Shown here one piece after another: positions 10,531 to 19,743 of a stretch of DNA of 64,000 bases. Location: the IMG/VR virus record IMGVR_UViG_3300009553_000022, positions 2,630-66,629 of that record; one strand, 5' to 3'. Made by a program: the position numbers and the translations under genes. The notes beneath the pieces were generated by a model that made no database searches, was not told where the DNA came from, and saw only the letters and a program-made list of their open reading frames with translations. The stretch's first letter is position 1. Every line of letters starts with the position of its first letter. The stretch comes from a virus.

Positions 10531-10979
10531 AAAGTTTCTTTGGCCCAGAGGGCGATAAGTGCGGCGTCAGAGGTGCCGTGGTCCTTTTTACGTTTGAACA
10601 AATCCGCTTGCGCCGGGAACAGCCCGATCGCGACGTCCCGCGTCATCTCCTTGAAGGGCTTCTTGGGCAGCCCCAGTTTCTTCTTCCAGTAGTTCGTCCA
10701 CTTCAGCGGATGAACCTCGATCATTCGTCCGAGGTGCGTTGTGTAGATAGCCCCCTCCGCGACGCCTGTAGACCTTCCGAAGGAAAACACGCTGCAGACA
10801 CCCTCACCTGGGCGCGCATTAACCGCCTCAATCACGACCACGTCGGCCCCTGGGCTGAGTGTCGCGACAGCCCGCGCAATGTCCCGGCGCGCCTTGAAAT
10901 CGCGCATTGCGGTCAGCTTGCCGTCCTCCAAACGGACGCACGCGCCTGAAATACCGGGGTCGATTGAGACGACGATCAT
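10527..10979 (-). CDS. RuvC-like Holliday junction resolvase
   Basis: SIDPG, VIE, DAALIA catalytic motifs. Confidence 0.85.
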   Translation of the reverse strand: MIVVSIDPGISGACVRLEDGKLTAMRDFKARRDIARAVATLSPGADVVVIEAVNARPGEGVCSVFSFGRSTGVAEGAIYTTHLGRMIEVHPLKWTNYWKKKLGLPKKPFKEMTRDVAIGLFPAQADLFKRKKDHGTSDAALIALWAKETL

Positions 10980-11530
10980 ACCGGCACTTCGTCGCGATAC
11001 CCCAGCAACTCGCGTGCATAGCCGCTGAGACGGACCGGGATCTTGAAGATGTCGCGAAACAACCAGATCAGCTTTGCGTGATAGTCTTCGAGCGTGCCGT
11101 CATTGTGGATCGCACAACCGTTTGGCAGGGCTAAAATGTCCTCCCGCGTAAACGTCACGGTGAAATCTTCGGGGACGCCTGGGCGGTCGACCCAAACGAC
11201 ATGATCGAACAGAGGGGCGGCGGCTAAGACCTCGACCTTGTCGCGGCATCCGGTGCAGATGTCTCCTGTGGCAAGGCAGAGCTTCACCAAGAACGCCGGA
11301 TCGCCGCGGCGCATCCAATCACAGTGATCCTTCCAAAACTGCCGGTTGTTGTGGCGCTCGTCGTATGCGGTTTGCGGGTGAACTCCCAGCGCCGATGCGA
11401 CTGACTCTTTCGCGGCCCAGGATGTCGAGCCGGTGTAGCGAAGGCCCAGGTGGGACTCGGCAAACTTTGCGGCTTCGTCTTTCCCTGCGCGGCCCCAGCC
11501 GACGAACAATACTCGTTTATTTCGCTCCAT
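10976..11530 (-). CDS. Deoxynucleoside monophosphate kinase-like P-loop protein
   Basis: GWGRAGKD P-loop, TGCR..E, HNDGTLED. Confidence 0.7.
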   Translation of the reverse strand: MERNKRVLFVGWGRAGKDEAAKFAESHLGLRYTGSTSWAAKESVASALGVHPQTAYDERHNNRQFWKDHCDWMRRGDPAFLVKLCLATGDICTGCRDKVEVLAAAPLFDHVVWVDRPGVPEDFTVTFTREDILALPNGCAIHNDGTLEDYHAKLIWLFRDIFKIPVRLSGYARELLGYRDEVPV

Positions 11531-11711
11531 AGGTTGCGGCAATGTCTGCGTTGACCCCGTCGAGGGCGCCATACGCGGATGTTTGAACGACTTCGGCCAT
11601 GTGGATCCCGCCCTCCGTCAGCTGTAGGAGATCGGCCTGCGTGAACTCGTTCACTCGAACGAATTTGCGGCCGTCCGACAGCTCGATCATGACTGCGACG
11701 GAGAGCTTCAT
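11517..11711 (-). CDS. hypothetical protein
   Basis: Tightly packed ORF in the operon. Confidence 0.55.
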   Translation of the reverse strand: MKLSVAVMIELSDGRKFVRVNEFTQADLLQLTEGGIHMAEVVQTSAYGALDGVNADIAATYGAK

Positions 11712-12031
11712 TGGCTGAAAATTAAGAACTCACCTCGGGACGGGTCGTAAATGACCTCGGAGATCTGGATCCCTTTTTCTGCGAGGGTCTTTAGCATCGC
11801 CTCGAATGCCGGCAGGGAATCCCGCTCGCTGAAGGTGAGAATGCGGGGCAGCGTCCGAACCTCGCCGGCCCGGTCTTTCAACTCAGCGGTGTACATCCGG
11901 CGCTGGATTTCGATCAGCTTGCCGGCAAGTTCCTGGTGCCGCGGAATCAGCGGAGCGAACTCCTTGAAGACCTCGGCGTGTTGTTTGCGGAGATCGGAAA
12001 TCACTTTCCGCCCTCCACATTCCTCGCCCAT
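11708..12031 (-). CDS. hypothetical protein
   Basis: ATGA overlap with the downstream gene. Confidence 0.55.
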   Translation of the reverse strand: MGEECGGRKVISDLRKQHAEVFKEFAPLIPRHQELAGKLIEIQRRMYTAELKDRAGEVRTLPRILTFSERDSLPAFEAMLKTLAEKGIQISEVIYDPSRGEFLIFSQ

Positions 12032-12399
12032 TTCACCGCGAAAGTGTCCGCGAACGATGCGCGTGCCTCCCGTTCGCGTATATAACGCAGCGCGGTCTCG
12101 TGCCGGGTCTCGCCCTCGAATTTCTGCGCTACGGCATACAGAAGCTCGTTATACTGCTCCTGGGCTTTTGACGACTCCGCGGGGCCGGGCGGGGGTTCGT
12201 CCACCGTCCTGTAATTGCAGTCAACGCGGGCGCGGATCTCGTCGAGAAGCTGGCCGGTCGTCGCGTTTCCAAGCCAGGGCTGCGACCAAATCTCTTCGAG
12301 GATCTCCGCGAAGGCTTCCGCCAGCGCAGTGTCCATTACTTTGTGCTTCGTCCACGGCTTACACCATGCCTGCGCAGCTTTCTCCCGTGCCAGTTGCAT
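12001..12399 (-). CDS. hypothetical protein
   Basis: ATG 14 nt after the upstream stop. Confidence 0.55.
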   Translation of the reverse strand: MQLAREKAAQAWCKPWTKHKVMDTALAEAFAEILEEIWSQPWLGNATTGQLLDEIRARVDCNYRTVDEPPPGPAESSKAQEQYNELLYAVAQKFEGETRHETALRYIREREARASFADTFAVKWARNVEGGK

Positions 12400-12413
12400 G
12401 CTCGCTTCTTTGC

Positions 12414-13694
12414 TCACTTGGACACCTCGACCTTCTTCGCCAAGCGCGCCGGCAGGTCGTATGGGATCACGTCCTGAGACGGCGCCGTATGGAGGTTCAG
12501 CTCGTAATTCCAGCTCCGCCCGTGCTTGGGGTGGACTCCAAAAAACAGCTGGAACGGCCGGCAAGGAGTGAAATTGCAGTGCAGGGCGAACTCGTCGTCT
12601 GCGAAAAACGCGCCGTTGATCAGATACCGGCCGACAGCCGTCGAGGCACTAACTCCGCGGTGCTTGTCGCCGACGATGTAATAGTCAGGAGCCTTCTCGC
12701 CGATCGCGTTGTATCGCTGCGTCGTCGCGTTGACTTCCCGGCCCATTGCATGCGCGGGAATGCCGAGGGCCTTGTCGCCGCCGGACAGGTGATCGCCGTG
12801 CGCGATTTTGATCCGAGAGTTGAGGATGTCGAAGACTTGCTGCGCGCCTTCTTCCAGGATGAACTTCGCATTGCCTGGGCCGGACGTTTCGAGCAGGGCC
12901 TGGATCTGGCCGAGGACAATGAAGTCGAAGTTGCTGTAACGGTTCTCCGTTGGCGGCTTCTTCTGGTTCTGCCAACGGCTGTGATTGCCACCAAGACCGC
13001 GACAAACGACTTCCGGGACGACTCGCGACAGCCGCGCAACAAACTGGTAGTACGCCAGCGACGCCAGCAGCACTTGATCCGCCACAAGCCAGCGGTTCGG
13101 GACCTCCTGGCAATGCGACAGCGCACCTTCGACGAGGTCACCGAGGAAAAGGATGTTCAGCCGGCTAATCGGGTTCGCGACGTTCTCCACCAGAAGACGG
13201 CTCACCGTCTGCTCGATGAAATACAGCCGGTCCAGGAATACCCGGGGGTTGTAGTTACCGAAGCCGAGGGTGTGCCCAGGCGTCACAATCTTCCCGACGT
13301 GAGAGTCCGAGATGACAAGGACGGCGTCCTCGGGTTGGCCGGGCTTCCGGCTGGCTTTCAGAGGCGCCGGAATGTTGACCGTAAAGCCGTTGTCGATGCT
13401 CCCGATCACCGCGTCCCGGAACTCGCCGACAATCTCCTGCTCGTGGGCGACGCGTTTCAGCAGCTTCTTGTAACGCCGCGCCGCCTCGTCCGCCTCGCGG
13501 AGCTTGTGATCGTCCCGCGCCTGCTGTAGGTCCTCCTGGAGAGTCGTTTTGTTCGGGGCGGGATTCGACAGCTTGCTGAGCGCGCCGCGCGCCTGGTTCT
13601 CGGTGATCCCGAATTCCTTGGCGATGGCGTGCCGTCCTGCTTTTGGGTTTGCAGCGCGATAGGCTGCGATCTTCTGGATCAATGCTTGGGTCAT
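12414..13694 (-). CDS. Calcineurin-like metallophosphoesterase with N-terminal HTH
   Basis: SDSHVG, LGDLVEG, GNHSR, AHGD, VGDKH motifs. Confidence 0.8.
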   Translation of the reverse strand: MTQALIQKIAAYRAANPKAGRHAIAKEFGITENQARGALSKLSNPAPNKTTLQEDLQQARDDHKLREADEAARRYKKLLKRVAHEQEIVGEFRDAVIGSIDNGFTVNIPAPLKASRKPGQPEDAVLVISDSHVGKIVTPGHTLGFGNYNPRVFLDRLYFIEQTVSRLLVENVANPISRLNILFLGDLVEGALSHCQEVPNRWLVADQVLLASLAYYQFVARLSRVVPEVVCRGLGGNHSRWQNQKKPPTENRYSNFDFIVLGQIQALLETSGPGNAKFILEEGAQQVFDILNSRIKIAHGDHLSGGDKALGIPAHAMGREVNATTQRYNAIGEKAPDYYIVGDKHRGVSASTAVGRYLINGAFFADDEFALHCNFTPCRPFQLFFGVHPKHGRSWNYELNLHTAPSQDVIPYDLPARLAKKVEVSK

Positions 13695-13703
13695 ACAACG
13701 TTC

Positions 13704-13735
13704 TACAGTGTCAGACATCAGCACAAGCTGTACCT
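13704..13735 (-). promoter_or_regulatory. sigma-54-type promoter P1 (degenerate)
   Basis: AGGTACAGCTTGTGCT (GG-N10-GC) followed by GATGTCTGACACTGTA; intergenic. Confidence 0.55.
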
Positions 13736-15558
13736 CATTTCATGTACCGATCGGCGAGTTTTCCTTCGACTCCGAGAGGAAGATCCGGAGCCCACTCCGG
13801 CGGGATCGACATGAGCCGCTCCGCCTCCTTCATTGCCTCGCGTGCGCCCTGGATCGGGACCGCACAAATAAGTTCGTCGTGGCTGTGGAAAATCACCGGG
13901 ATGCCCGCCCGCTCCACGCGGAGGATACCCTCAGCAGCGACGTCTCGGGCCATGCGCTGCGTCACGTTCTCCGTCAGCAGGCCGTGCCACAGTGACGGGA
14001 TCCGCGAGTTGTGGCTCGTGTCTCCCCTGATCTTGAAAGAGCAGTAATTCCCGTCGGCGCATGAGCGCACATGAAAATGTTTCAGCGGGATCCCGTTCGG
14101 CATCATCATGCACAACTCGCGATCCTTGTCGCGGGCAGCCGCGCGGATGTACTCCTTCATCCGGCCCCAGAACGAGGTGATCTTTGGGTTGGCCGCGCGG
14201 AACTGATCCACTTGGGCCTGGAGCTGCGCCTCTGTGTAGTTCAACCCCTCCTTCAGCGCGCCGCGGCCGAACGCCCCGGTGCCGCCGGCATATCCACCTG
14301 ACAAAACGTGAACTTTACACACTTTGCGAAGCCCGTTGTTCTCTTCCTTCAGGACACCGCCGCCCCAGGCCAGCGCGTAGCGCGCATAAGCCTCGTAAAT
14401 TTCCATCCCTTGCCGCATCGCCTGGAGCATGGCCTCATTGCCGGCGAGCCAGTGCAGGCACCGCGGCTCAATCTGCGAGTAGTCGATCAGAGCGAACAGG
14501 CAGCCAGGCGGCGGAATCAAGTACCTCCGCATGTCGATCCCCGCGTCACCCTCGAAATCACCCCACTCCGCCATTTCCTCGGCGAATGCGACTGAGCTGT
14601 CGAGGTTCTGGACGTTGACGCCTGTGCTGCTCCACCGCTTCGTATGGGGCGCCCCGCAATAGCGGAACTCCAGGGGGAAAATGCCGTTGTGGACGCACCT
14701 TTGCAGGGTCTTGAGTTTCTTCTGCTTTGTGTTCGCCCCGCGGAGCGTCCGCATGTTCTTCACGAGCTTCGCCAGCTCCGGGTTGGCCGCCATCCAGCGC
14801 GCACATGCCTCGTCCCGCTTGTCCAGGGACGCAGGAGCCGCGACGCCGTGCCGCGAGCAGTAGTCCCCGAACGCGTCCATACTCAGCGGCTTCCTGTCTT
14901 CGTGAACCCACGGCAGGCAGTTAATCGCCTCAAATCGCAGCCGCTCCAGGTGGGTTAAATCCTCTTCGACCGCGTCTGTGTCAATGTGGACGCCGCGCCG
15001 GTTGATCATCCGTGTGTGCGCTGCAACAGCGGCCTCAATCTCCGGCAGTGGCGGCATCTTCTCCAACATCTGCTTTTCCGTAAGCGAGTCGTTGAGGCAG
15101 TAGTCAACGACTCTCTGCTGCTCGCTGTCGGGTAACGAATTGAAGTCGACCCCCTTCATGCGATCCCGGATCGTTTTATCGACAGAGGTGCCCAGCAGGG
15201 TCTTCGACAGACCGGCAACATTGCTAGGTAACTGCTGGCCGGCCGCCTGATCGAGAAGGCAGTGCCACTCATGAACCGTCTTGCCGTAATGCTTCTCGAA
15301 AAACGCTTGGTCAAAGTTCGAGTGCGCGGCGACAAACTGGAGGTTGGGATCCTTATACCAGGAGTCGCCCAACATCTGCCCCGCTTGTGCCGGTGTGCCG
15401 CAGAATTCCAGATCGTCGGAGACGACCGAGACGAGATACGCGTCGACCGCGGCGACGTAGTTCTTCAGTCCCATTGTGTCGACTGAAATCTCCTTGTCGT
15501 ACGGCGTCTCGAAATCGACGACCACGCACTTGCGGCCAGCAAATTGGATCGGCTTCAT
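13735..15558 (-). CDS. DNA polymerase family A with 3'-5' exonuclease
   Basis: Exo motifs DFET, HSNFD, YCLND; motif A DYSQIEPR, motif B RKVCKVHVLSGGY, motif C HDE. Confidence 0.95.
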   Translation of the reverse strand: MKPIQFAGRKCVVVDFETPYDKEISVDTMGLKNYVAAVDAYLVSVVSDDLEFCGTPAQAGQMLGDSWYKDPNLQFVAAHSNFDQAFFEKHYGKTVHEWHCLLDQAAGQQLPSNVAGLSKTLLGTSVDKTIRDRMKGVDFNSLPDSEQQRVVDYCLNDSLTEKQMLEKMPPLPEIEAAVAAHTRMINRRGVHIDTDAVEEDLTHLERLRFEAINCLPWVHEDRKPLSMDAFGDYCSRHGVAAPASLDKRDEACARWMAANPELAKLVKNMRTLRGANTKQKKLKTLQRCVHNGIFPLEFRYCGAPHTKRWSSTGVNVQNLDSSVAFAEEMAEWGDFEGDAGIDMRRYLIPPPGCLFALIDYSQIEPRCLHWLAGNEAMLQAMRQGMEIYEAYARYALAWGGGVLKEENNGLRKVCKVHVLSGGYAGGTGAFGRGALKEGLNYTEAQLQAQVDQFRAANPKITSFWGRMKEYIRAAARDKDRELCMMMPNGIPLKHFHVRSCADGNYCSFKIRGDTSHNSRIPSLWHGLLTENVTQRMARDVAAEGILRVERAGIPVIFHSHDELICAVPIQGAREAMKEAERLMSIPPEWAPDLPLGVEGKLADRYMK

Positions 15559-15932
15559 TCGCGGGGTACGAGAAGTCCTGCATTCCAGTCACGGCACAGC
15601 GTTGCGAGGGTGCCGTATACCGGTACTCCCAAGCTGTCCGCAAAGTTCACTTCTGCGCGTGCGCCAGAAGACCGAGCCCAGTCATTCGTCAGAAGCACCG
15701 CGTCGCATCGGCGGAGTAACTCAAGATCACCATCAAGCCAAACATCGTCGGGGGCTGCGCCTTGAAAGAAACGTGTATTTGTGTGCGGACAAAGGACTGC
15801 AAACCCGGCATGCCAGGCTTGAAGGGCCAGCTCCTCAGCGCGGCGTATGTTCTGCTCAATCTCCCAGGCGTTTGCTCCCCGGAAGGGGCCTGCGACGTAG
15901 ACAACGAGTTTTCTAACGACGATGTGCGCCAT
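15555..15932 (-). CDS. DUF4406-like / nucleoside 2-deoxyribosyltransferase-fold protein
   Basis: VYVAGPF, CPH, RRCDAV, W..S.GA..E. Confidence 0.75.
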   Translation of the reverse strand: MAHIVVRKLVVYVAGPFRGANAWEIEQNIRRAEELALQAWHAGFAVLCPHTNTRFFQGAAPDDVWLDGDLELLRRCDAVLLTNDWARSSGARAEVNFADSLGVPVYGTLATLCRDWNAGLLVPRE

Positions 15933-15934
15933 AA

Positions 15935-16594
15935 TTAGACGTACGAGATCCCGAGTTGGCGACCAAGGTCGGTAAGCATGTCGGTCGGTGGAACGGCAGG
16001 CGGAGAAAAAGCGGCCCCCGGTTGGGAAGCGGTCGTTTCGCGAGCCGCAGGGGCGGCTGGCGCTGATGGCGCTGGGGGCCTGAAGATGACAAGCATGGAC
16101 GGGAATGGGGCGGAGTCCTTGCATCCGCCAAATTTGAGACGGGACCGGATAAATCGGACCTCGGCGTATGGAAGTATGTAGTCGTGGAAAACCGCTTTGT
16201 CGGTGCGTGATGGGAGCAGCATGACAACAGTCGCGCCCTTCTGGGCCTCGGCCCACGCCTTCACGACAAAATCATCCTGCCCGGCCTTGTACTTCGTGTT
16301 GCAGTGGCCGCGTTGTTTACAACGCTTCTTTTTGCAGTTCGGACTGCACACCGCTTCAGCCTCACTGTACGGCGGGTTTACCCATACCGTGTTTGGCGCC
16401 CACTCCTGCCTGAGTGCGTCATCCTGCTCGGTGAAATACTTCGCGACTTTTGCGTTTTCCGCACTCGCCGCCGCATCGAGCGTAAATCGAAACTCGGCGT
16501 CGAGGGGGAGAAACGTTGTGAGCGGGGTTTCCCAGCTATCGGATCCGCCCGTGTCGGCGGAGGAAAACATCACTTTTTTGTCGTGGTCGTTCAT
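15935..16594 (-). CDS. Phage DNA N6-adenine methyltransferase (Dam-like)
   Basis: WETP, FTLDAAAS, WVNPPYS, LLPSRTD, RLKF. Confidence 0.9.
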   Translation of the reverse strand: MNDHDKKVMFSSADTGGSDSWETPLTTFLPLDAEFRFTLDAAASAENAKVAKYFTEQDDALRQEWAPNTVWVNPPYSEAEAVCSPNCKKKRCKQRGHCNTKYKAGQDDFVVKAWAEAQKGATVVMLLPSRTDKAVFHDYILPYAEVRFIRSRLKFGGCKDSAPFPSMLVIFRPPAPSAPAAPAARETTASQPGAAFSPPAVPPTDMLTDLGRQLGISYV

Positions 16595-16608
16595 GGGTTA
16601 GCGTGTTT

Positions 16609-16640
16609 CACAGTGTCAGACAAGAGCAAACGATGTGCCA
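16609..16640 (-). promoter_or_regulatory. sigma-54 promoter P2
   Basis: TGGCACATCGTTTGCT, near-perfect -24/-12, followed by CTTGTCTGACACTGTG. Confidence 0.8.
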
Positions 16641-16643
16641 CGT

Positions 16644-18774
16644 TTATCGCTTCAGCAGAATCGACTTGGTGATCTTGAAATCCCGCTCCGCGGTGCCCTC
16701 GACGTGCTCGATCCCCGAGTTTTCCATGCGGGCCAGGGTCCGGAGCTGGGTCGAGAAGCGACGCATCTGCCACTGCTGCACGAGGGGCCGCACCGGCTCA
16801 CAGCCAATCATCGCGCTGTATAGTGCTGTGGGGGTGCCGGTCCAGACGTCGGTGTTGTCAAAAACTACCGACTGGCTGGCGAACAACGCGATCAGCTCGT
16901 ACAGGTCGCGCGCTCCGCTCTGTTGCTTGCTGAGTTCGAGCAGTGACGGGTCAAAATAGCTTTCAACACCCGTTCGGCCCCCGATCCAGATCTCCGCGGG
17001 CGGGTTGTATTGCAGCAGCCAGCGGGCGAACATCGCCAGCTCCCGCGCGATCGCCGCCTCGGGGTTCTCCGGCCACTTGCCAGGGAACGCCTGGGCGAGG
17101 AAGAACATGAACTTGTCGCGAGTGTTCTCGTTCACTTCCGGCAACACTGCCGCAGAAGCCGCGTCGCAGTTGAGGGTGCCGAAAACACGGCCGCACCACA
17201 CGAGCGACGCCTTCTTCGGAACTTCGGATGCCGGCTCTGCTCCGGGTTGACGACAAGCCCCTTCAACCGCTGGGCTGCAGACGACGCCTCGCGGTCGTTG
17301 GACGGAGCGTCCTCGTCGTTCATTGCCAGCAGGGCGCACTCGAAAAGCTCGTCATTGAATGCATCCCGCGCTGTCAAATGGCCCCAAGGGTTCGCCGACC
17401 GATACCCAGCCAGGGGCTTAACGACGTGCAGGCACCACAGCGTTTTGCCGGAGTTGACGGGGCCGGCCAGAAACAGCGCCTGACCCATTGTCGGCTTGTG
17501 GTTCAAAACCGACTCGTAGAAACGCTTGTGCCAGGCCATCGCGTGATGAAACCCAGCGCCGTACAGGCTGTGGGCTAGGCTCCAGATGAAGGGAAAGTCG
17601 CGTTCCGGCACGACAAGCTCGACTTGCGCCGGTTGGACAGGGATTAGATTACAGGTGTTTAGCATCCGCCTCCCGTCGATCTCGATCATGCCTGGACGTC
17701 GACAGACGAACGGCGCGGCGTGCTCGACGCGGTTAAATGTGTTGATGTGGTGCAGGACCCGGTGAGCCTCGGAGACTGTTTGTCCTTTGACTTTCTGCGT
17801 CGACAGCCCGCCACAGGCGAGGTGCAGCAGCGTGCTCTCGCGGTCGTAGTCGCGCCAAACGCCGCCGATGTTGATGAAGTAAGTTCGCCCGTCCCAGGCG
17901 GAATCTGCCGCGAGGTTCCCGAGGCTCCTGACCCGGTTCTCGTCGCACCACTTCGCGCCGAAAAGGGCCTCCCAGGACATGAACGGGACATTGCCAGTAA
18001 AGCACAGCATGCCGTCGGGCTTAATCTGGCAGCCGTTCGGGTTGTCTGCCGTCTCGTCCCAGAAACGCGGGCCAAGGTTGTTCACCTCGAACGGACCTTG
18101 CCAGCGACCGGGCCACTTCTCCGCAACCTTCGCCGCGATGACTTCGAGGGGCAGGTTGTCCGTGCTGCCGGTGTGCTTCTTTGCGACGCTGGCCACAACG
18201 CCAAACAACGTCTTCCAGGCGATCGGGGCATTGCCCAAGGCGCGCCACTCGCCCCGTTCGTCCAGACTTGTTCCGGCTTGCACGAAGCCTCGTCAAATCC
18301 GGCAAACGCTGTCGCCAGCTTAAACTTGTCGACGAACGCTTTAATGACTGCCGCGGCGTGCGCGGAGTTCATTACCAGGATCGGGCGCTCGAACAGCCAC
18401 ACGGGCCGGAGCTTGTTGCTGAGCGTGGTTTCCAGAAATGTCGGGCGGAAATCTTCGGGGATCTGCGCGATTAACGCGTCAACGTCTGTCTGCACGACGT
18501 CGTAATCCAGGGCCAGCCCGTTCATTGAATGGGCCTCGTTGCCGCTGCCTACGCGGAGAGTCGGAATGGCCCCACGCACCGCGGAATAAATTTGCCACTG
18601 AAAATCAGGCTTCGCGGTGAGTTCGCGGCGGTCCCGTTTCGGCATCGCCTTGAGTTCGGCAAGCCGCCCCTCGCCCGGGTCATACTTCCAGGGCTCGGCG
18701 AGTTCGCCGGTCTTGGCGCGGAGGTTCGGGAAACAGACAAAAAGGGGCGGCATGTAAAAGGGGAAAGAGGGCAT
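16644..18774 (-). CDS. Primase-helicase (prim-pol N-terminus plus DUF5906/D5-like NTPase), split by two frameshifts
   Basis: LDYD primase-like motif, GPVNSGKT Walker A, MNDED Walker B. Frame changes near 18253 and 17219. Confidence 0.75.
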
Positions 18775-18806
18775 CCGTGCCCTTATTTACTCCGGGAAGG
18801 AGAGCC

Positions 18807-19715
18807 TTACTCGGAAGCTTCACCGTCCTCGCGGACAGTGCTGCCGCGGAGCGCAGCGGCGTAGTGTCGGATCTCGGGGCCGGACTCCTCGCGGAGCACG
18901 TTGACCTCGGGCACCCAGACGGAGAACTTGCCGCCGGTCGTCCGAACGACTTTCATCGTCCAAACGAATTTTTCCAACATGGCGGCCTTGCCTGGGACGA
19001 CAGCCTGCATCTTCGTCTTGCTGTAGATCGGCGTGAAAAAGCGGGAGTATGCGCCACCCGAGCAGTAATACACTGCCGGCGCGTACCGCTTGCCGTCGGC
19101 CTCGATCACAAAGCCGGGGTGCTTGCAGTTGGCGGGTTCTTCCAGGAGCAGGAGAAACTTCGCCGTTTTCTGCCAGCGGAGTTTGACACCGTCCGGGGAG
19201 TAACCGACACCGCCGCCGCACGCCTGGGCTTCTTGCAGCGTGTCGACGATGCGCGACGTCATGCCCTCTTCCATTTCCTCCTTCGTGAGGTTCTCGCGGT
19301 ACTGCGTTTTGACCTTCACCGGAATGAACCGAAGAACCGGGTTATTGGCCGGATTCTGCAGGTCGGGGATCCCGAAGAGGACCTCGTCCGCGTAGAGCGT
19401 GACGCCCTGGTTGAACTTCTTCGCGAGTTCCCCGGAGCCGTTGACGAGCTGGAATCGAGGCACGCGCAAGTCGCTTGCGTCGACTTCGCCCTCGATGCCT
19501 TCGATACCGGAGCCGGCGACGTCGCGGCGAACAGTAACGGCTGTCGAAGCCGTCTGCGTTTCGCCTGCCGGGACGACTTCGGCCGTGAAAGTCGGACCGA
19601 CGCCCAGCTCATGAGCCAAGCGATCCGCGGCGTTTTCGTCAACGGGTAGGTGCGAGGTGTCGGCGGGGGGAGTAGCCGCTTGTGCGGCCGGTTTTCTGAG
19701 TGTTGCTGTAACCAT
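18807..19715 (-). CDS. Putative single-stranded DNA-binding protein
   Basis: DLRVPRFQLV motif, acidic C-terminus, position between primase and DUF2800 nuclease. Confidence 0.55.
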   Translation of the reverse strand: MVTATLRKPAAQAATPPADTSHLPVDENAADRLAHELGVGPTFTAEVVPAGETQTASTAVTVRRDVAGSGIEGIEGEVDASDLRVPRFQLVNGSGELAKKFNQGVTLYADEVLFGIPDLQNPANNPVLRFIPVKVKTQYRENLTKEEMEEGMTSRIVDTLQEAQACGGGVGYSPDGVKLRWQKTAKFLLLLEEPANCKHPGFVIEADGKRYAPAVYYCSGGAYSRFFTPIYSKTKMQAVVPGKAAMLEKFVWTMKVVRTTGGKFSVWVPEVNVLREESGPEIRHYAAALRGSTVREDGEASE

Positions 19716-19743
19716 GTGGTTTTGCGTTGTTGGGGTTTGGTGT

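Noticed and set aside
11751-13529. Long antisense ORFs (also 366-1637, 24297-25400, 49151-50764, 57799-59187)
   Set aside because: Shadows of real genes in GC-rich DNA, with no motifs.
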